A DNA stretch of 64,000 bases from Desulfosoma sp. (GCA_037481835.1 JBBFKW010000003.1:160001-224000); one strand, 5' to 3'. Counted from the stretch's first letter, positions 8,737 to 18,502 are shown. Program-made: numbers and translations. Notes: generated by a model from the sequence alone, not told the origin.

Positions 8737-9936
8737 TTACTTGGCGCTGCTTTGGCCTTCCATGCCCTGGAGGAGTTGCTTCATGGTCCAGATGTCCCGA
8801 TCCGACGCTGTGGATCCCGCCGGCACGAAAACCGACCCGTCCTGGTAATGAAGGGGCCCGGCGAAAAGGTTCGTCGCGCCGGAGGCCAAATCCGAGACGA
8901 ACCGGTCCAGAGCCGAGCTGACCTCGGGGGTGAGGGCCTTGCCCTTGACGAAGCCGATGGAACTGGTTTCCTCGTTGTTGATGTCTTTCCAGTCAGGTCC
9001 GAGCCACAACCATTGGGGTTTCCAGGATCCCGACATGGCCGCCTGGAGCAGGTGCCCGTACCCCGGCGCCCAGTTGTAATAGGGCACGCCGAGGCAGACG
9101 TCCGGGGCGGCGTCGCAGGCGCCCTTGTAGTCGTAGGGAACGGCCCAGACTTGCCGACCTTCGGTGCGTTTCTGGGCCGCCACGGTGAGGGCCTCCGTCG
9201 TGTCGATTCCGGAAATGACGACGTCGTAGTCGCTGTTGAAGAAGTTTTGAGTCACCTGGGTGGGGTCGGCGGTCACCCCGGGGATGTTAAACCAAAAGCC
9301 GATCCAGGTGACCTTGAAGGCCAGCTTCTCTGCCGGTTCCTTGCGCACCTGGGTCCAGGCGTATCGGGCGCCGAGATAGGTGGAGGCGGCGAGACGGCGG
9401 GTTTCTTCGTTGATGAGCGGGCCGAGGTAGCCGATCTTTCCCGTTTTGGTCGTGAGGGCCGCAACGAAGCCGGCCATCATCTTGCCGTATTCCATGCGGC
9501 CCATGAGGTTGGACAGGTTGGGCGTGCCTTTGCCCGTCAGGACGTCGTCCCCGGAAACATGGACGAAATAGACGTCCGGGTGCTGGGCGGCCGCTTCCCG
9601 GATGCCGTCCTTCATGTCGTCGGAATTGGCGATGATGAGCTTGGCTCCCTTGGACACCAGGTCGTCCACAACCTGGGGAATGGTGACGCCGGGCCGGTCC
9701 GCGGGGTTGACCTTGTCGATGTAGAGCATCTTGACGCCCGGGATTTTCTTTTCCAGGGAGAGAGCCGCATCGTAGTGGGCCTGGCTCCACCCCTTGTCAT
9801 TGTAGGGTCCGACCAAGAGCAGCCCGAAAAGGAAGGGCTTTTCCTCCGCCCGAAGCGCCGTCCCAAGCCCCAGGGCCAAAAGCAGGCACAGGGCCGTCGT
9901 CACCAGAAAGGTCGCTCCCCGCCGTTTCCTCGTCAT
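8737..9936 (-). CDS. BMP family ABC transporter substrate-binding protein
   Basis: Signal peptide followed by GPYNDKGWSQAHY and WIGFWF. First gene of the ABC operon. Confidence 0.9.
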   Translation of the reverse strand: MTRKRRGATFLVTTALCLLLALGLGTALRAEEKPFLFGLLLVGPYNDKGWSQAHYDAALSLEKKIPGVKMLYIDKVNPADRPGVTIPQVVDDLVSKGAKLIIANSDDMKDGIREAAAQHPDVYFVHVSGDDVLTGKGTPNLSNLMGRMEYGKMMAGFVAALTTKTGKIGYLGPLINEETRRLAASTYLGARYAWTQVRKEPAEKLAFKVTWIGFWFNIPGVTADPTQVTQNFFNSDYDVVISGIDTTEALTVAAQKRTEGRQVWAVPYDYKGACDAAPDVCLGVPYYNWAPGYGHLLQAAMSGSWKPQWLWLGPDWKDINNEETSSIGFVKGKALTPEVSSALDRFVSDLASGATNLFAGPLHYQDGSVFVPAGSTASDRDIWTMKQLLQGMEGQSSAK

Positions 9937-10084
9937 GGCCTCCTCCTTGGTTCATTTACCGTCGGCCTCCCCGTTTTTGATCCCTCGTTCAAGCCCGATT
10001 CCGGGTGCGCCGATCATAAAGAAAAGGAGGGCCGATTGCAATGAGACGGGACGCAAAAAAACCGGGCCCATCCGCCGGCAAGGC

Positions 10085-10112
10085 TTGACACGGCGCCGTC
10101 CGGCCTTATAAT
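10085..10112 (+). promoter_or_regulatory. Sigma70-type promoter for the FmdB-like gene
   Basis: TTGACA-N16-TATAAT, both hexamers perfect. Confidence 0.75.
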
Positions 10113-10179
10113 GCCGACGAAACATCTTGTGCCCCAAAAGGCATTTTATTTCGCCCGACGCGGGAAGGAGGTACCCCTT

Positions 10180-10470
10180 ATGCCCATCTACGAATACGAA
10201 TGCACCCAGTGCGGTCAAATCACCGAAGCCATGCAACGCTTTTCCGACGCGCCCCTGACCGAATGCTCCCATTGCCACGGGCCTCTGCGCAAGATGATTT
10301 CCATGAGCACGTTCCACCTCAAAGGCTCCGGCTGGTACGTGACCGACTACGCCGGAAGAAAACAGAACGCCAACACCCACTCCACGAAGAGTTCCGAAAC
10401 CGGAAGCGGATCCGATAGCAAAGCGTCTTCGTCCTCCTCCTCCGGTTCTTCCTCATCGTCCGACGATTAA
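10180..10470 (+). CDS. FmdB family zinc-ribbon protein with Ser-rich tail
   Basis: MPIYEYECTQCG...CSHCHG...FHLKGSGWYVTDY; SD AAGGAGG. Confidence 0.92.
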   Translation: MPIYEYECTQCGQITEAMQRFSDAPLTECSHCHGPLRKMISMSTFHLKGSGWYVTDYAGRKQNANTHSTKSSETGSGSDSKASSSSSSGSSSSSDD

Positions 10471-10621
10471 AGACAGGCGGGCGGACCGCACGGTCCGCCC
10501 GAAACGTCCCCGCCCGGGACCGGGCGGTTGTAAGGGCGCCGTAGGGCTCCGGGCGCCGCACCTCGAACCCCCGCCCCTGATCGGGTTCGGGGATCGAGAA
10601 TACGGCGCCACACCGGGGGGA

Positions 10622-11563
10622 TCAGTCGTCCAACCCCAGGGCCGCCCGGGTCGCCGGCCCCACGATCCCGTCCACCTTGAGGGATCCCGCCGCCTTCTGA
10701 AAGGCTTTGACGGCCCGATACGTTTCCGGGCCGAACACGCCGTCCACCGTGATTGCATGCCCCGCTCGAACGAGAGCCTCCTGCAACCGGCGCACATCGT
10801 CCCCGCGAAGAGCCGGGGTTTCCAGGCGAAGGAGGCGCGCCGCGCCGGGTTCTTCCGCCGAGACCCGCACCGGAGCGTCCAGCAAGACGGAGGCGTCAAT
10901 GCGCACGCCCCGCACCGTAAACGGCAGTTCCAGCCCCCACTTGTTCTCGTCCATGAGGCTTCGGAAACTTTCCATGCGGTAGACCGTTTTTTGTAAGAGC
11001 GTGTTGGGATGACCGGCGAGCCATTGCCGTCGGCGCTGCACATAACCGTCGATCCAAACCTTTTCCCCGACCTGGGCGGGCGGCCCCAACTGCGCCGTGG
11101 TGAGATCCCGCAGACGCTGCCATGAGCCGTGCACGCGGCTGTCGTAGACCACGGAAACGCCCAGGGCCGTCCCAATCCCGATGTTTCGGGCCGAAGAGAG
11201 GCTGGGTTCCCAATAGACCCGATCGAAAAACCGGTCCTGGCAATCCCGCATGACCGGATCCTGCCCCGCGTCGCGAAGGAGCCCCTTGAGGCGCTCGTCG
11301 AAGTTGAGGGCCGAATCCCTCTTGGCCAGCCGGTCCAGGTAGGGGGCGAGCTGCGGGCCGAAGACGCCGTCCGGGGCGGCACAGTAGTCCCGGATGAGAA
11401 GATAGAGATTGCCGCCGGCCAGAGTGGTCTGGGACCGACCGTAGGTCAGTTCCCCGGGGTCATTCGGGTGATAGGTCACTTTGCCGTAGTCGCCCTGGGG
11501 ACGACCCGTTTCAAACACATTGACGATGGCCTGGGCGGCTCTTTTTTGAAGATCGCTCAACAT
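10622..11563 (-). CDS. Chitosanase/lysozyme-like hydrolase with C-terminal peptidoglycan-binding domain
   Basis: N-terminal IVNVFETG...DPGELTYGRSQTT...VVYDSRVHG (GH46-like fold). C-terminal LRGDDVRRLQEAL...DGVFGPET...VDGIVGPATRAALG (PG_binding_1). SD AAGGAGG. Confidence 0.8.
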   Translation of the reverse strand: MLSDLQKRAAQAIVNVFETGRPQGDYGKVTYHPNDPGELTYGRSQTTLAGGNLYLLIRDYCAAPDGVFGPQLAPYLDRLAKRDSALNFDERLKGLLRDAGQDPVMRDCQDRFFDRVYWEPSLSSARNIGIGTALGVSVVYDSRVHGSWQRLRDLTTAQLGPPAQVGEKVWIDGYVQRRRQWLAGHPNTLLQKTVYRMESFRSLMDENKWGLELPFTVRGVRIDASVLLDAPVRVSAEEPGAARLLRLETPALRGDDVRRLQEALVRAGHAITVDGVFGPETYRAVKAFQKAAGSLKVDGIVGPATRAALGLDD

Positions 11564-11764
11564 GGGCGCCTCCTTGAATTTTGGGCCACATCACCGCTGG
11601 CGGGTTCCACCCCCGCCGAGGGATGGGGGGGAAAGAGCGGGCGGCGGCCGCGCTTGGGGTAGGTGAAGAGAAACTTTAGACCATATAAGCCATGATCTTG
11701 CCGAAGAGTGCAAGAAATTAAGACGGGCGTGAAGGCGGCGAACATAAGGCGGGTCTTTTTCTGT

Positions 11765-11795
11765 GTTGGGGTTCGCTGCGCTCACCCCAACCTAC
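11765..11795 (-). repeat. Single REP copy
   Basis: GTTGGGGTTCGCTGCGCTCACCCCAACCTAC. Confidence 0.9.
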
Positions 11796-11965
11796 ATCGT
11801 GCTCCATGGGGCTGAATACTTTGGAAAACCCGCCTGCGTTTCGGCATGACCCAGGGGGACGCGGGGCAAGGAGGTTTTTCCCGGGATCGGGGGGGGGTCT
11901 TGCCCGCTTCCGAAAGGTCCCGGATGGCCGAAAAGCCCCGGCATGGAAAAACCCCATGAGCCGGC

Positions 11966-11995
11966 TTGACAAGGCCCCGCCCAAGAGGCTATAAA
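11966..11995 (+). promoter_or_regulatory. Sigma70-type promoter of tRNA-Ala
   Basis: TTGACA-N18-TATAAA, ending 17 bp before the tRNA. Confidence 0.6.
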
Positions 11996-12012
11996 CCCGT
12001 TGCTTCCACTCC

Positions 12013-12088
12013 GGGGATGTAGCTCAGTTGGGAGAGCGCAGCCTTCGCAAGGCTGAGGCCACGGGTTCGAATCCCGTCATCTCCACCA
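12013..12088 (+). tRNA. tRNA-Ala (anticodon CGC)
   Basis: Acceptor stem GGGGATG/CATCTCC with G3:U70, anticodon arm CAGCC-TTCGCAA-GGCTG, T-loop GTTCGAATC, encoded CCA; 76 nt. Confidence 0.97.
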
Positions 12089-12101
12089 CGGCGCCACCTT
12101 C

Positions 12102-12136
12102 AGGCCGTTCGCCCTCAGCGGACGGCCTTTGCTTTT
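12102..12136 (+). terminator. Intrinsic terminator after tRNA-Ala
   Basis: AGGCCGTTCGC-cctca-GCGGACGGCCT hairpin followed by TTGCTTTT. Confidence 0.7.
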
Positions 12137-12251
12137 GTGGGAAAAGCGGTGCGAGCCGGTCGTCGCCCAATCCCATGCGATTTTCTTTTGTTTCCCTACC
12201 GCAAGATCTGTATGATTCCCACAAGTTCACTTCTGCCAAAGGAGTTCGGGC

Positions 12252-12563
12252 ATGACGTCACGAGTGATTACGGCAACGCAGGCGCGCACACGTTTCGGCG
12301 AGTGCATTCGCCGAGCGACGATGGAAGGGGAAACGATCATCGTGGAAAGAGACGGCAAACCGGCGGTCGTTATTGTCTCTTTCGAAGAATACCAAAGACT
12401 TCATCCGATTTCGGAAAAATTTCCTCTGGATGATTTTGAGCCCATTTTCAAGGTCAACTCTCGAATAAACGCGCGGAGAGAAGGCCGGCCTCTGACGGAT
12501 CCTGTGGAGCAGCTTCGTTTCATGAGAGAAGAGCGCGATGCCCATTTAAACAGCATGTGTTGA
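12252..12563 (+). CDS. Phd/YefM family antitoxin
   Basis: ITATQARTRFGECIRRA...GETIIVERDGKPAVVIVSFEEYQRL; SD AAGGAG. Confidence 0.88.
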   Translation: MTSRVITATQARTRFGECIRRATMEGETIIVERDGKPAVVIVSFEEYQRLHPISEKFPLDDFEPIFKVNSRINARREGRPLTDPVEQLRFMREERDAHLNSMC

Positions 12564-12829
12564 TGCGAGCTTCGTCATTTGAGCTTCTCTTCAACGAGGC
12601 CGCAGAGCTTTTGGAATTCGCATTCCGGCTGAATATCAAGCTTTACGGAGGCGCAAATCTTCATCGAAGGGCGATGAATATTGCCCGTCGCTTTAGTCTT
12701 CCCGCAACATACGATGCGCACTATGCCGCGCTGGCCGAAAAGCTCAACGCGCCCTTGTGGACGGCGGATAAGCGCCTGGCCTATGCCCTGGACGGCTTCA
12801 TTGAGATCCAAGTGATTTCGTCAGCGTGA
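12538..12829 (+). pseudogene. VapC/PIN toxin pseudogene
   Basis: The frame from ATG 12538 reads MPI*TACVDASFVI* (PIN N-terminal motif with stops at 12547 and 12580). The C-terminal PIN motifs ATYDAHYAALAE and LWTADKRL are in another frame, and the middle of the domain seems to be missing. Confidence 0.75.
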
Positions 12830-15490
12830 CGGGGCGCAGAGGGCCGCGAGGAGATAGAAAAGGGCGGCGGCGGCGAAAAGAGCCGAAAACCCCCACGTCA
12901 CGGCGGCCAAAGCGGCAAGAAGGGCGCTCAGGACCGATGCGCACCCGTTGATCGCCCATGCCCACGGCACAAGCTCGGGCCTTCGGCCGGATAGGGCCCG
13001 AAGCCCCAGCGGAAACGGCATGCCCATCCAAAAGGCCGCGGGAGCGGCACAGAGGACGGCGCCCGCCCAGCGCACCGCATCGGGGAAGCTCAGCAGCCGA
13101 GACACCGCCCAGGACCATCCCCAGCCGTAGGCGAGCCCCGCCAGGCCCGCACAGACGGCCGTCACGGAAAGAACGTTTCGGCATGGAAGAAAGCGCACCC
13201 TTTCCATGCGATGCGCCCACCGTGGAGCGGCGAGGCTCCCCAGACCCGCCCAAAGCAAGAAGGACGCCACCGTTCCTGCAAAACCGTAAACGGGATGCCC
13301 CAGGAGCAGCACGTTTTTCTGGATCGCCGCCGTTTCCACGAAAAGAAAGGCCAGGCCCAGGCCCCCGAAATAAGCCGCGGTTTTCCAGGCCGGAATGGCC
13401 TCCCCTTGGAGACGGCGCCTTCGAAGGATGCCCAAAGGGGCGAGGATGAGCAGCACGGCCGCCGCCAGGGCCTGAACCAGGGTCGCCGCAAGAACCGGCA
13501 CACCCCACTGGATGAGCGGGATGCCTCGGCCGTGCCGCTCGGCGTGCAAGGTTCGAAAGGTCGCATACTTGAAAAACTGAAACGCATAGGGCCGATCGTC
13601 CGTGGCCGGGTCGATGCGAAAGGGATAATTTTTGGAAAACCGCAGCACCCTTTCGTCCAAGGAGCCGCCTTCCATGGGATTCGTTTCCCGAAGAGGCCGC
13701 GCGCCGGATGGCCCCTTGTCCTGCGTCGGTTCCAGGCGTGCCCCATCGCCCCAATCCGAATGGAATTCTTCAAGAGGGGGGCCCAAAAGGGCCGAGAGCG
13801 CCTCGTGGAGCGACCCGGAGGGGCTCTTGTGGAACCGTTCCGCTTCGTCCGCCGCCATCCCGGGAAGATAGGCCAGGTCGAAGGAGCGTTCCCGGCAAAA
13901 CCGGCGGATGTCGTCCCGTTCCCCTTGGGTGAAAACGCCGTTTTTCACGAGGAGAAGGGCCGTGTTCCAATGACGGATCACGGCGATCCGCCCTCGGACA
14001 TCGGCGACACCGCGCCGTTTCAAAGCTTCGGCGGCGGTGAGGACGAAACGCAGGGTCGCCTGGGGAGGCACGGACAGGGCATGGACCAAGGCGAGGATCC
14101 CTCCGGGAGCCAGCCGGTCCAGGGACCGTTGGAAGGCTTCCACCGTGGCGTCGTAGACTTCCAGGAGGCTCACGCCGCCCGTTCCGGAAAAGCTCAGAGC
14201 CCCGACGGCGCTTAGCTGAATGACGTGAAAGGTTTGTGTCGTCGTCTCCAGGAAGCGGCGCGGGTCCATGATATGGACGATCATGCCGGAGGATCCCCCA
14301 TCCCCGTCCCCGTCCCGGCCGAAGGCCCGCACGAGATCCGCCGCGTCCCGGTTCCTTTCCACCACGTGGATCGCCGTCATCCCTTCGCGCTCGGCCACGG
14401 CCGCATCCAGCCCGCCCCCCAGGCCCAGGATGAGACATCGCCGGTCCCCGGACGGGCCTTTGTTCCCCGATGCCAGCCGATAGGGGAGGGCGCCCATGAG
14501 GCAGTCCAGGAAAGCCGTATGGCCGGGGTTTGGGCTCCGGGGAAGGACGGGAGCCGGCCCATCGCCGTCCGTGAAAAGGCCGAGCTGGGCTGGAACCGGC
14601 GCCGGGCAGGAAAGGCTCAAACCCGGGGCGCCTCGAAAGGGCACTCGGGGGTTTTCCGCCAAAACGAGCCATCCCATGGGGCCGGAACGCTCGGCGAGAA
14701 GGCGAACCCCGGGAATTTTCAAAGCATGGGCGAGCCCTTTGTATTCGAAGGGTTTGGGCGCAAGGGCCCCGTGGGGCACAAGGGCCTGCATGACGAGGAT
14801 AACCGCCGCTCCAAGGACGCCGAAAAAAACACAGCCGCCGTGTCTTCCACCCGCCCGGCCTTTATCCTCCGGGATGGCGCCGGTCCCGCGCACCGGGCGG
14901 ACGGGCCGGAAGGCGGGATCTTGGGGTTTTCTGTGCCGAAGAACCGCCATCCAGCACACCGCGGCCGAAAGAGCCCCTGCGGCGGAAAGGAACCGAAGGG
15001 ACGTCCCCGGTTTCAAAACATGGAGGAGTCCCACGGCCAGAGCCGCACCCGCCGCGGCGCCGCAGAGATCCGCCACGTAAAGGCGGGGGATCCTTTCGGG
15101 GAAGGAGCGAAAAGCGAGCCCCACCGCCGTTCCCGCCAGGAAGAAGGGGATACTGAGGATGAGATACACCTGGGAAAGCCGAAGGGTCTGGCGCCCGTCC
15201 CAGAGGATTTCCAAGGGATTGAAGGGGACATCCCGAACGAGGGCGGGGGCGAGGAGCACGGCGCACGAAAAGAGGACAGCCAGGGCGGCGAAGCTCGCCG
15301 CCGGGCGGCGCATGAGAACTCCCTGGGTCAGGGTGAGGGCCGTTCCGCCGGCGCCGTAACCCAGAAGGGCAAGGCTCAGGATCATGAAGGCGAAATGGTG
15401 GTCGTGAGCGATATGGAGGATGCGGACGAGAAGGACTTCAAAGCCCAGGGCGGCACAGGACAGGGTGAAGACGGCCGCGGGCGGAATCAC
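12821..15490 (-). CDS. Membrane-embedded spermidine-synthase-like SAM-dependent protein
   Basis: N- and C-terminal multi-TM blocks (HFAFMILSLALLGYGAGG; GMPFPLG...WAWAINGCASV) flank a SAM-binding domain (LILGLGGGLD, VERN, ATDDRPY). Confidence 0.8.
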   Translation of the reverse strand: MIPPAAVFTLSCAALGFEVLLVRILHIAHDHHFAFMILSLALLGYGAGGTALTLTQGVLMRRPAASFAALAVLFSCAVLLAPALVRDVPFNPLEILWDGRQTLRLSQVYLILSIPFFLAGTAVGLAFRSFPERIPRLYVADLCGAAAGAALAVGLLHVLKPGTSLRFLSAAGALSAAVCWMAVLRHRKPQDPAFRPVRPVRGTGAIPEDKGRAGGRHGGCVFFGVLGAAVILVMQALVPHGALAPKPFEYKGLAHALKIPGVRLLAERSGPMGWLVLAENPRVPFRGAPGLSLSCPAPVPAQLGLFTDGDGPAPVLPRSPNPGHTAFLDCLMGALPYRLASGNKGPSGDRRCLILGLGGGLDAAVAEREGMTAIHVVERNRDAADLVRAFGRDGDGDGGSSGMIVHIMDPRRFLETTTQTFHVIQLSAVGALSFSGTGGVSLLEVYDATVEAFQRSLDRLAPGGILALVHALSVPPQATLRFVLTAAEALKRRGVADVRGRIAVIRHWNTALLLVKNGVFTQGERDDIRRFCRERSFDLAYLPGMAADEAERFHKSPSGSLHEALSALLGPPLEEFHSDWGDGARLEPTQDKGPSGARPLRETNPMEGGSLDERVLRFSKNYPFRIDPATDDRPYAFQFFKYATFRTLHAERHGRGIPLIQWGVPVLAATLVQALAAAVLLILAPLGILRRRRLQGEAIPAWKTAAYFGGLGLAFLFVETAAIQKNVLLLGHPVYGFAGTVASFLLWAGLGSLAAPRWAHRMERVRFLPCRNVLSVTAVCAGLAGLAYGWGWSWAVSRLLSFPDAVRWAGAVLCAAPAAFWMGMPFPLGLRALSGRRPELVPWAWAINGCASVLSALLAALAAVTWGFSALFAAAALFYLLAALCAPSR

Positions 15491-16280
15491 GGCGTTCCCC
15501 GGCCGGTCGTGAGCGGCACGAAGGCCACGGGAAGGATTTGGCGCGTCGTGAGGGTGCCGTCCCGGGCTTTTTGCACCACGGTAAGATACTGGGTCAGGAA
15601 AGGCGGCCCCACGGGAAGGACCAAGGTCCCGCCGGGTTTGAGCTGCCGCACCAGGGGAGGCGGGATGTGGGGCGCCGCCGCCGTGACCATGATGGCATCG
15701 AAGGGGGCGTGTTCGTCCCAGCCGAAATAGCCGTCTCCGATCTTGACGTGAACGTTTCCATAGCCCAGTTCTTGGAGGCGCGCTTGGGCGCTTCGGCCGA
15801 GTTCCGGGATGATTTCCACGGTGAAGACGTCTCGGGCGATTTCGGCGAGAACCGCCGCCTGATAGCCGGAACCCGTCCCGATTTCCAAGACTGTGGCGTT
15901 TTCCGGTAGGTCGAGAAGTTCCGTCATGAGGGCGACGATGAAAGGCTGGGAGATGGTCTGGCCGTACCCGATGGGAAGGGGCCGGTTTTCGTAGGCGGCA
16001 TCCACGAGCTTTTCCGGGACGAACCGATGCCTCGGCACCCGCCGAAGCGCTTCAAGAACCGGGGGGAAAGAACTTTGCGGCCCGTTTCGGCCGCCGTCGC
16101 CGCCATGTCCTCCATGACCTCGCGGACCATGGCTTCCCGCCTCGCGTGGAAGGGGTCTTCGGAGCGGGCCGTTCCCAGGAGGTGCCCAAAAACGGTGAAG
16201 GCCCAAAGGAGACCGGCGGCCGTGATTCCTGTCCGAAAAGGCTTGGAAGGCCCCGGCTTTTGTGCAGGGGTGCATTCCAT
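15487..16280 (-). pseudogene. pcm: Protein-L-isoaspartate O-methyltransferase, frameshifted (or sequencing error)
   Basis: The core VPRHRFVP...LPIGYGQTISQP...VLEIGTGSGYQAAVLA is in one frame. The leader plus RREAMVREV...TGRKVLSP is in another. The switch falls at the G6 run 16061-16066. Confidence 0.8.
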
Positions 16281-16608
16281 GGACGCGCTCCGCAAAAGGC
16301 TTAATTTTTCGGCACGGCCCGGATCCCCAAGCGAGAGGAGGCGGTTTTCGCGCCCGCTCGCCACGGGGCGCTCCGGCGTGAGATCCCCGTTTCCTTAGAG
16401 CCTAAAAGGCGCGCATCGTCTTGTAAAGCCCAAGGTCGAACGACGGGAGGGAAATGAGGTTTTTCGCCGCGCGCAGGCATGGAGCGCCATCGCCAAGCGT
16501 CGCGCGTCAAGGTGGCGGGCCGAAGCGCGGAAGCGGGAGGTAAGCGGTTTGAAAAGACGTGGGAACCGAAATCCTTCGGTTGATAAGGTGCCCTTGGGCT
16601 TTTCTTAT

Positions 16609-16639
16609 GTTGGGGTTCGCTCCGCTCACCCCAACCTAC
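16609..16639 (-). repeat. Single REP copy
   Basis: GTTGGGGTTCGCTCCGCTCACCCCAACCTAC. Confidence 0.9.
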
Positions 16640-16678
16640 GCGTTGGTGAGCCATTTGGCCCAGGCGTTGGGTGAAGAA

Positions 16679-16810
16679 GTTGTGTGCGTCAAGTTGTGCA
16701 CATTCGTGATCAGGCAATCGGGTGATTTTCTTTCGCTGTTCGTGGCGCTTGGACTCCGTTGCGCGGCGCCGACGGCACGAGTTTTACGCTTGATCTCCTC
16801 GTTCGGCCTC
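16679..16810 (-). mobile_element. Probable IS256-family relic (terminal fragment)
   Basis: The minus strand encodes NEEIKRKTRAVG, resembling the IS256 motif RLNxEIKRRTRVVG. It ends in TGCACAACTTGACGCACACAAC, resembling an IS256-type end as recalled. No intact transposase. Confidence 0.5.
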
Positions 16811-16922
16811 GGAGATGTGCCCGCCCTCTTGGCAATCCAGGCCGCTAGGTCGTGCTGGTCGTCGATCCAACTCATTTGTTTCAAACAAACTCTGGGGCTG
16901 TGGAGGGACGGGAATCCCCGTG

Positions 16923-17984
16923 TCATGGAGGGGGCGGCCCGGCGGAGCGAGGGCCGTAGTAGGTGCGGTACCAGGCGACGAAGCGGCGGATGCCTTCGCG
17001 GATGGGCGTGGCGGGCCTAAAGCCGAAATCCCGCGCCAGGTCGTCGATATCCGCGGCCGTTGCAGGCACGTCCCCGGGCTGGATGGGCAGGAATTCCTTC
17101 CGGGCTTCCATGCCCAGGCATTCTTCCAGGGCTTGGATGAATTCCATGAGTTCCACGGGATGATTGTTCCCGATGTTGTAGATCCGATAGGGGGCGGCGC
17201 TGGTTCCCGGATCGGGGGCGTCGCCGGACCAGGCCGGGTCGGGTTCCGGAGCCTTTTCCATGACGCGCACCACCCCTTCGATGATGTCGTCGATATAGGT
17301 GAAATCCCGCCGCATCTTGCCGTAGTTGAACACTTTGATGGGTTCACCGTTGAGGATCGCCCGGGTGAAGAGAAAGAGCGCCATGTCGGGCCGACCCCAT
17401 GGGCCGTAGACGGTGAAAAACCGAAGGCCCGTGCAGGGAAGCCCGTAGAGGTGGGCGTAGGTGTGGGCCATGAGCTCGTTGGCCTTCTTCGTCGCCGCAT
17501 AGAGGGAGACGGGGTGGTCCACGTTGTGGTGCACGGAAAAGGGCATGCGCGTGTTGGCGCCGTAGACGGAACTCGATGAGGCGAAAACCAGGTGGCGCAC
17601 GCCGTGGTGGCGGCATCCTTCCAGGATGTTCATGAACCCCATGAGGTTGCTGTCCACGTAGGCGTAGGGGTTCACGAGGGAGTAGCGGACGCCGGCCTGG
17701 GCCGCAAGATGGACCACGACCCGAAAGGCGTACCGGGCGAAGACGGCTTCCATGGCCGGGCGGTCCGCAAGGTCGATGCGGTGGAAGGAAAACCCGGCGT
17801 GTTCTTCGAGGAGCTTGAGCCGGTCCCACTTGATGCGCACATCGTAGTAGTCGTTCACATTGTCCAGGCCCACCACGGCGTAGCCGTCGGCAAGGAGCCG
17901 TCGCGCGAGGTGGAAGCCGATGAAGCCGGCCGCTCCCGTAACGAGCACGGGAACGGAGGGATCCAGCAGGGGATGGGGGGCCAT
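16923..17984 (-). CDS. NAD-dependent epimerase (UDP-glucuronate 4-epimerase type)
   Basis: [36 protein letters not shown] and [15 protein letters not shown]. Confidence 0.95.
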   Translation of the reverse strand: MAPHPLLDPSVPVLVTGAAGFIGFHLARRLLADGYAVVGLDNVNDYYDVRIKWDRLKLLEEHAGFSFHRIDLADRPAMEAVFARYAFRVVVHLAAQAGVRYSLVNPYAYVDSNLMGFMNILEGCRHHGVRHLVFASSSSVYGANTRMPFSVHHNVDHPVSLYAATKKANELMAHTYAHLYGLPCTGLRFFTVYGPWGRPDMALFLFTRAILNGEPIKVFNYGKMRRDFTYIDDIIEGVVRVMEKAPEPDPAWSGDAPDPGTSAAPYRIYNIGNNHPVELMEFIQALEECLGMEARKEFLPIQPGDVPATAADIDDLARDFGFRPATPIREGIRRFVAWYRTYYGPRSAGPPPP

Positions 17985-17990
17985 GGCCGA

Positions 17991-18455
17991 TCAATCCTTC
18001 CTTTTGAGGCGCACGGTGAGCACGGAACAGGGGGCTTTGCGCACGACACGGTCGGCGGTGCTGCCGAACAAGACATGGGCGATGCCGGTCAGGCCCTGGG
18101 ATCCCATGACCACCAAATCCACGGCCCGGTCTTCGACGAACCGGACGATTTCCGTCGCCGGATACCCGGAAAGGATATGGATTTCATAGGGCTGCTTTTC
18201 CCGAAGCTGGCTCACGTACCGTTCTTGGATGGCCGCCTTGGCCCCTTCGGTGGCCCGTTCCACGAAATGGACGTCCATTTCGAGGGGGACGTAGATTTCC
18301 CGGATGGGCGCCGTGGAAAAGGTGACGAGCACGTGCACCAGGTGGAGGGTCGCTCCGTAGCGCCAGGCCAGGTCTTTGGCCGCGATGAAGGCTTCGTCGG
18401 CGTTGTCGCTGAAATCCGTGCAAAAGGCGATGGTCTTGTAGAGGTTTTCGCTCAT
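17991..18455 (-). CDS. Universal stress protein
   Basis: FCTDFS...DLVVMGSQG...FGSTADRVVRKAPCSVLTV. Confidence 0.93.
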   Translation of the reverse strand: MSENLYKTIAFCTDFSDNADEAFIAAKDLAWRYGATLHLVHVLVTFSTAPIREIYVPLEMDVHFVERATEGAKAAIQERYVSQLREKQPYEIHILSGYPATEIVRFVEDRAVDLVVMGSQGLTGIAHVLFGSTADRVVRKAPCSVLTVRLKRKD

Positions 18456-18502
18456 GGTCGCTCTCCTGTGCCAAAGGCTGAAAAAGGGGGAGGGTTTCGG
18501 GG

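Noticed and set aside
10479..10501. Intrinsic terminator between the FmdB-like and hydrolase genes
   Set aside because: Strong GC hairpin (GGGCGGACCG/CGGTCCGCCC) but no convincing U-tract adjacent on either strand; not called.
11564..11760. Riboswitch upstream of the peptidoglycan hydrolase
   Set aside because: Small hairpins are present, but no recognisable aptamer consensus or terminator arrangement.
12013..12829. Intact prophage or integrative element at tRNA-Ala
   Set aside because: No integrase, structural genes or duplicated tRNA 3' end visible; only a TA remnant.
18462..18476. Sigma54 promoter (TGGCAC) before the USP gene
   Set aside because: GG-GC spacing is 9 rather than 10 nt, there is no TTGC, and it overlaps the SD region.
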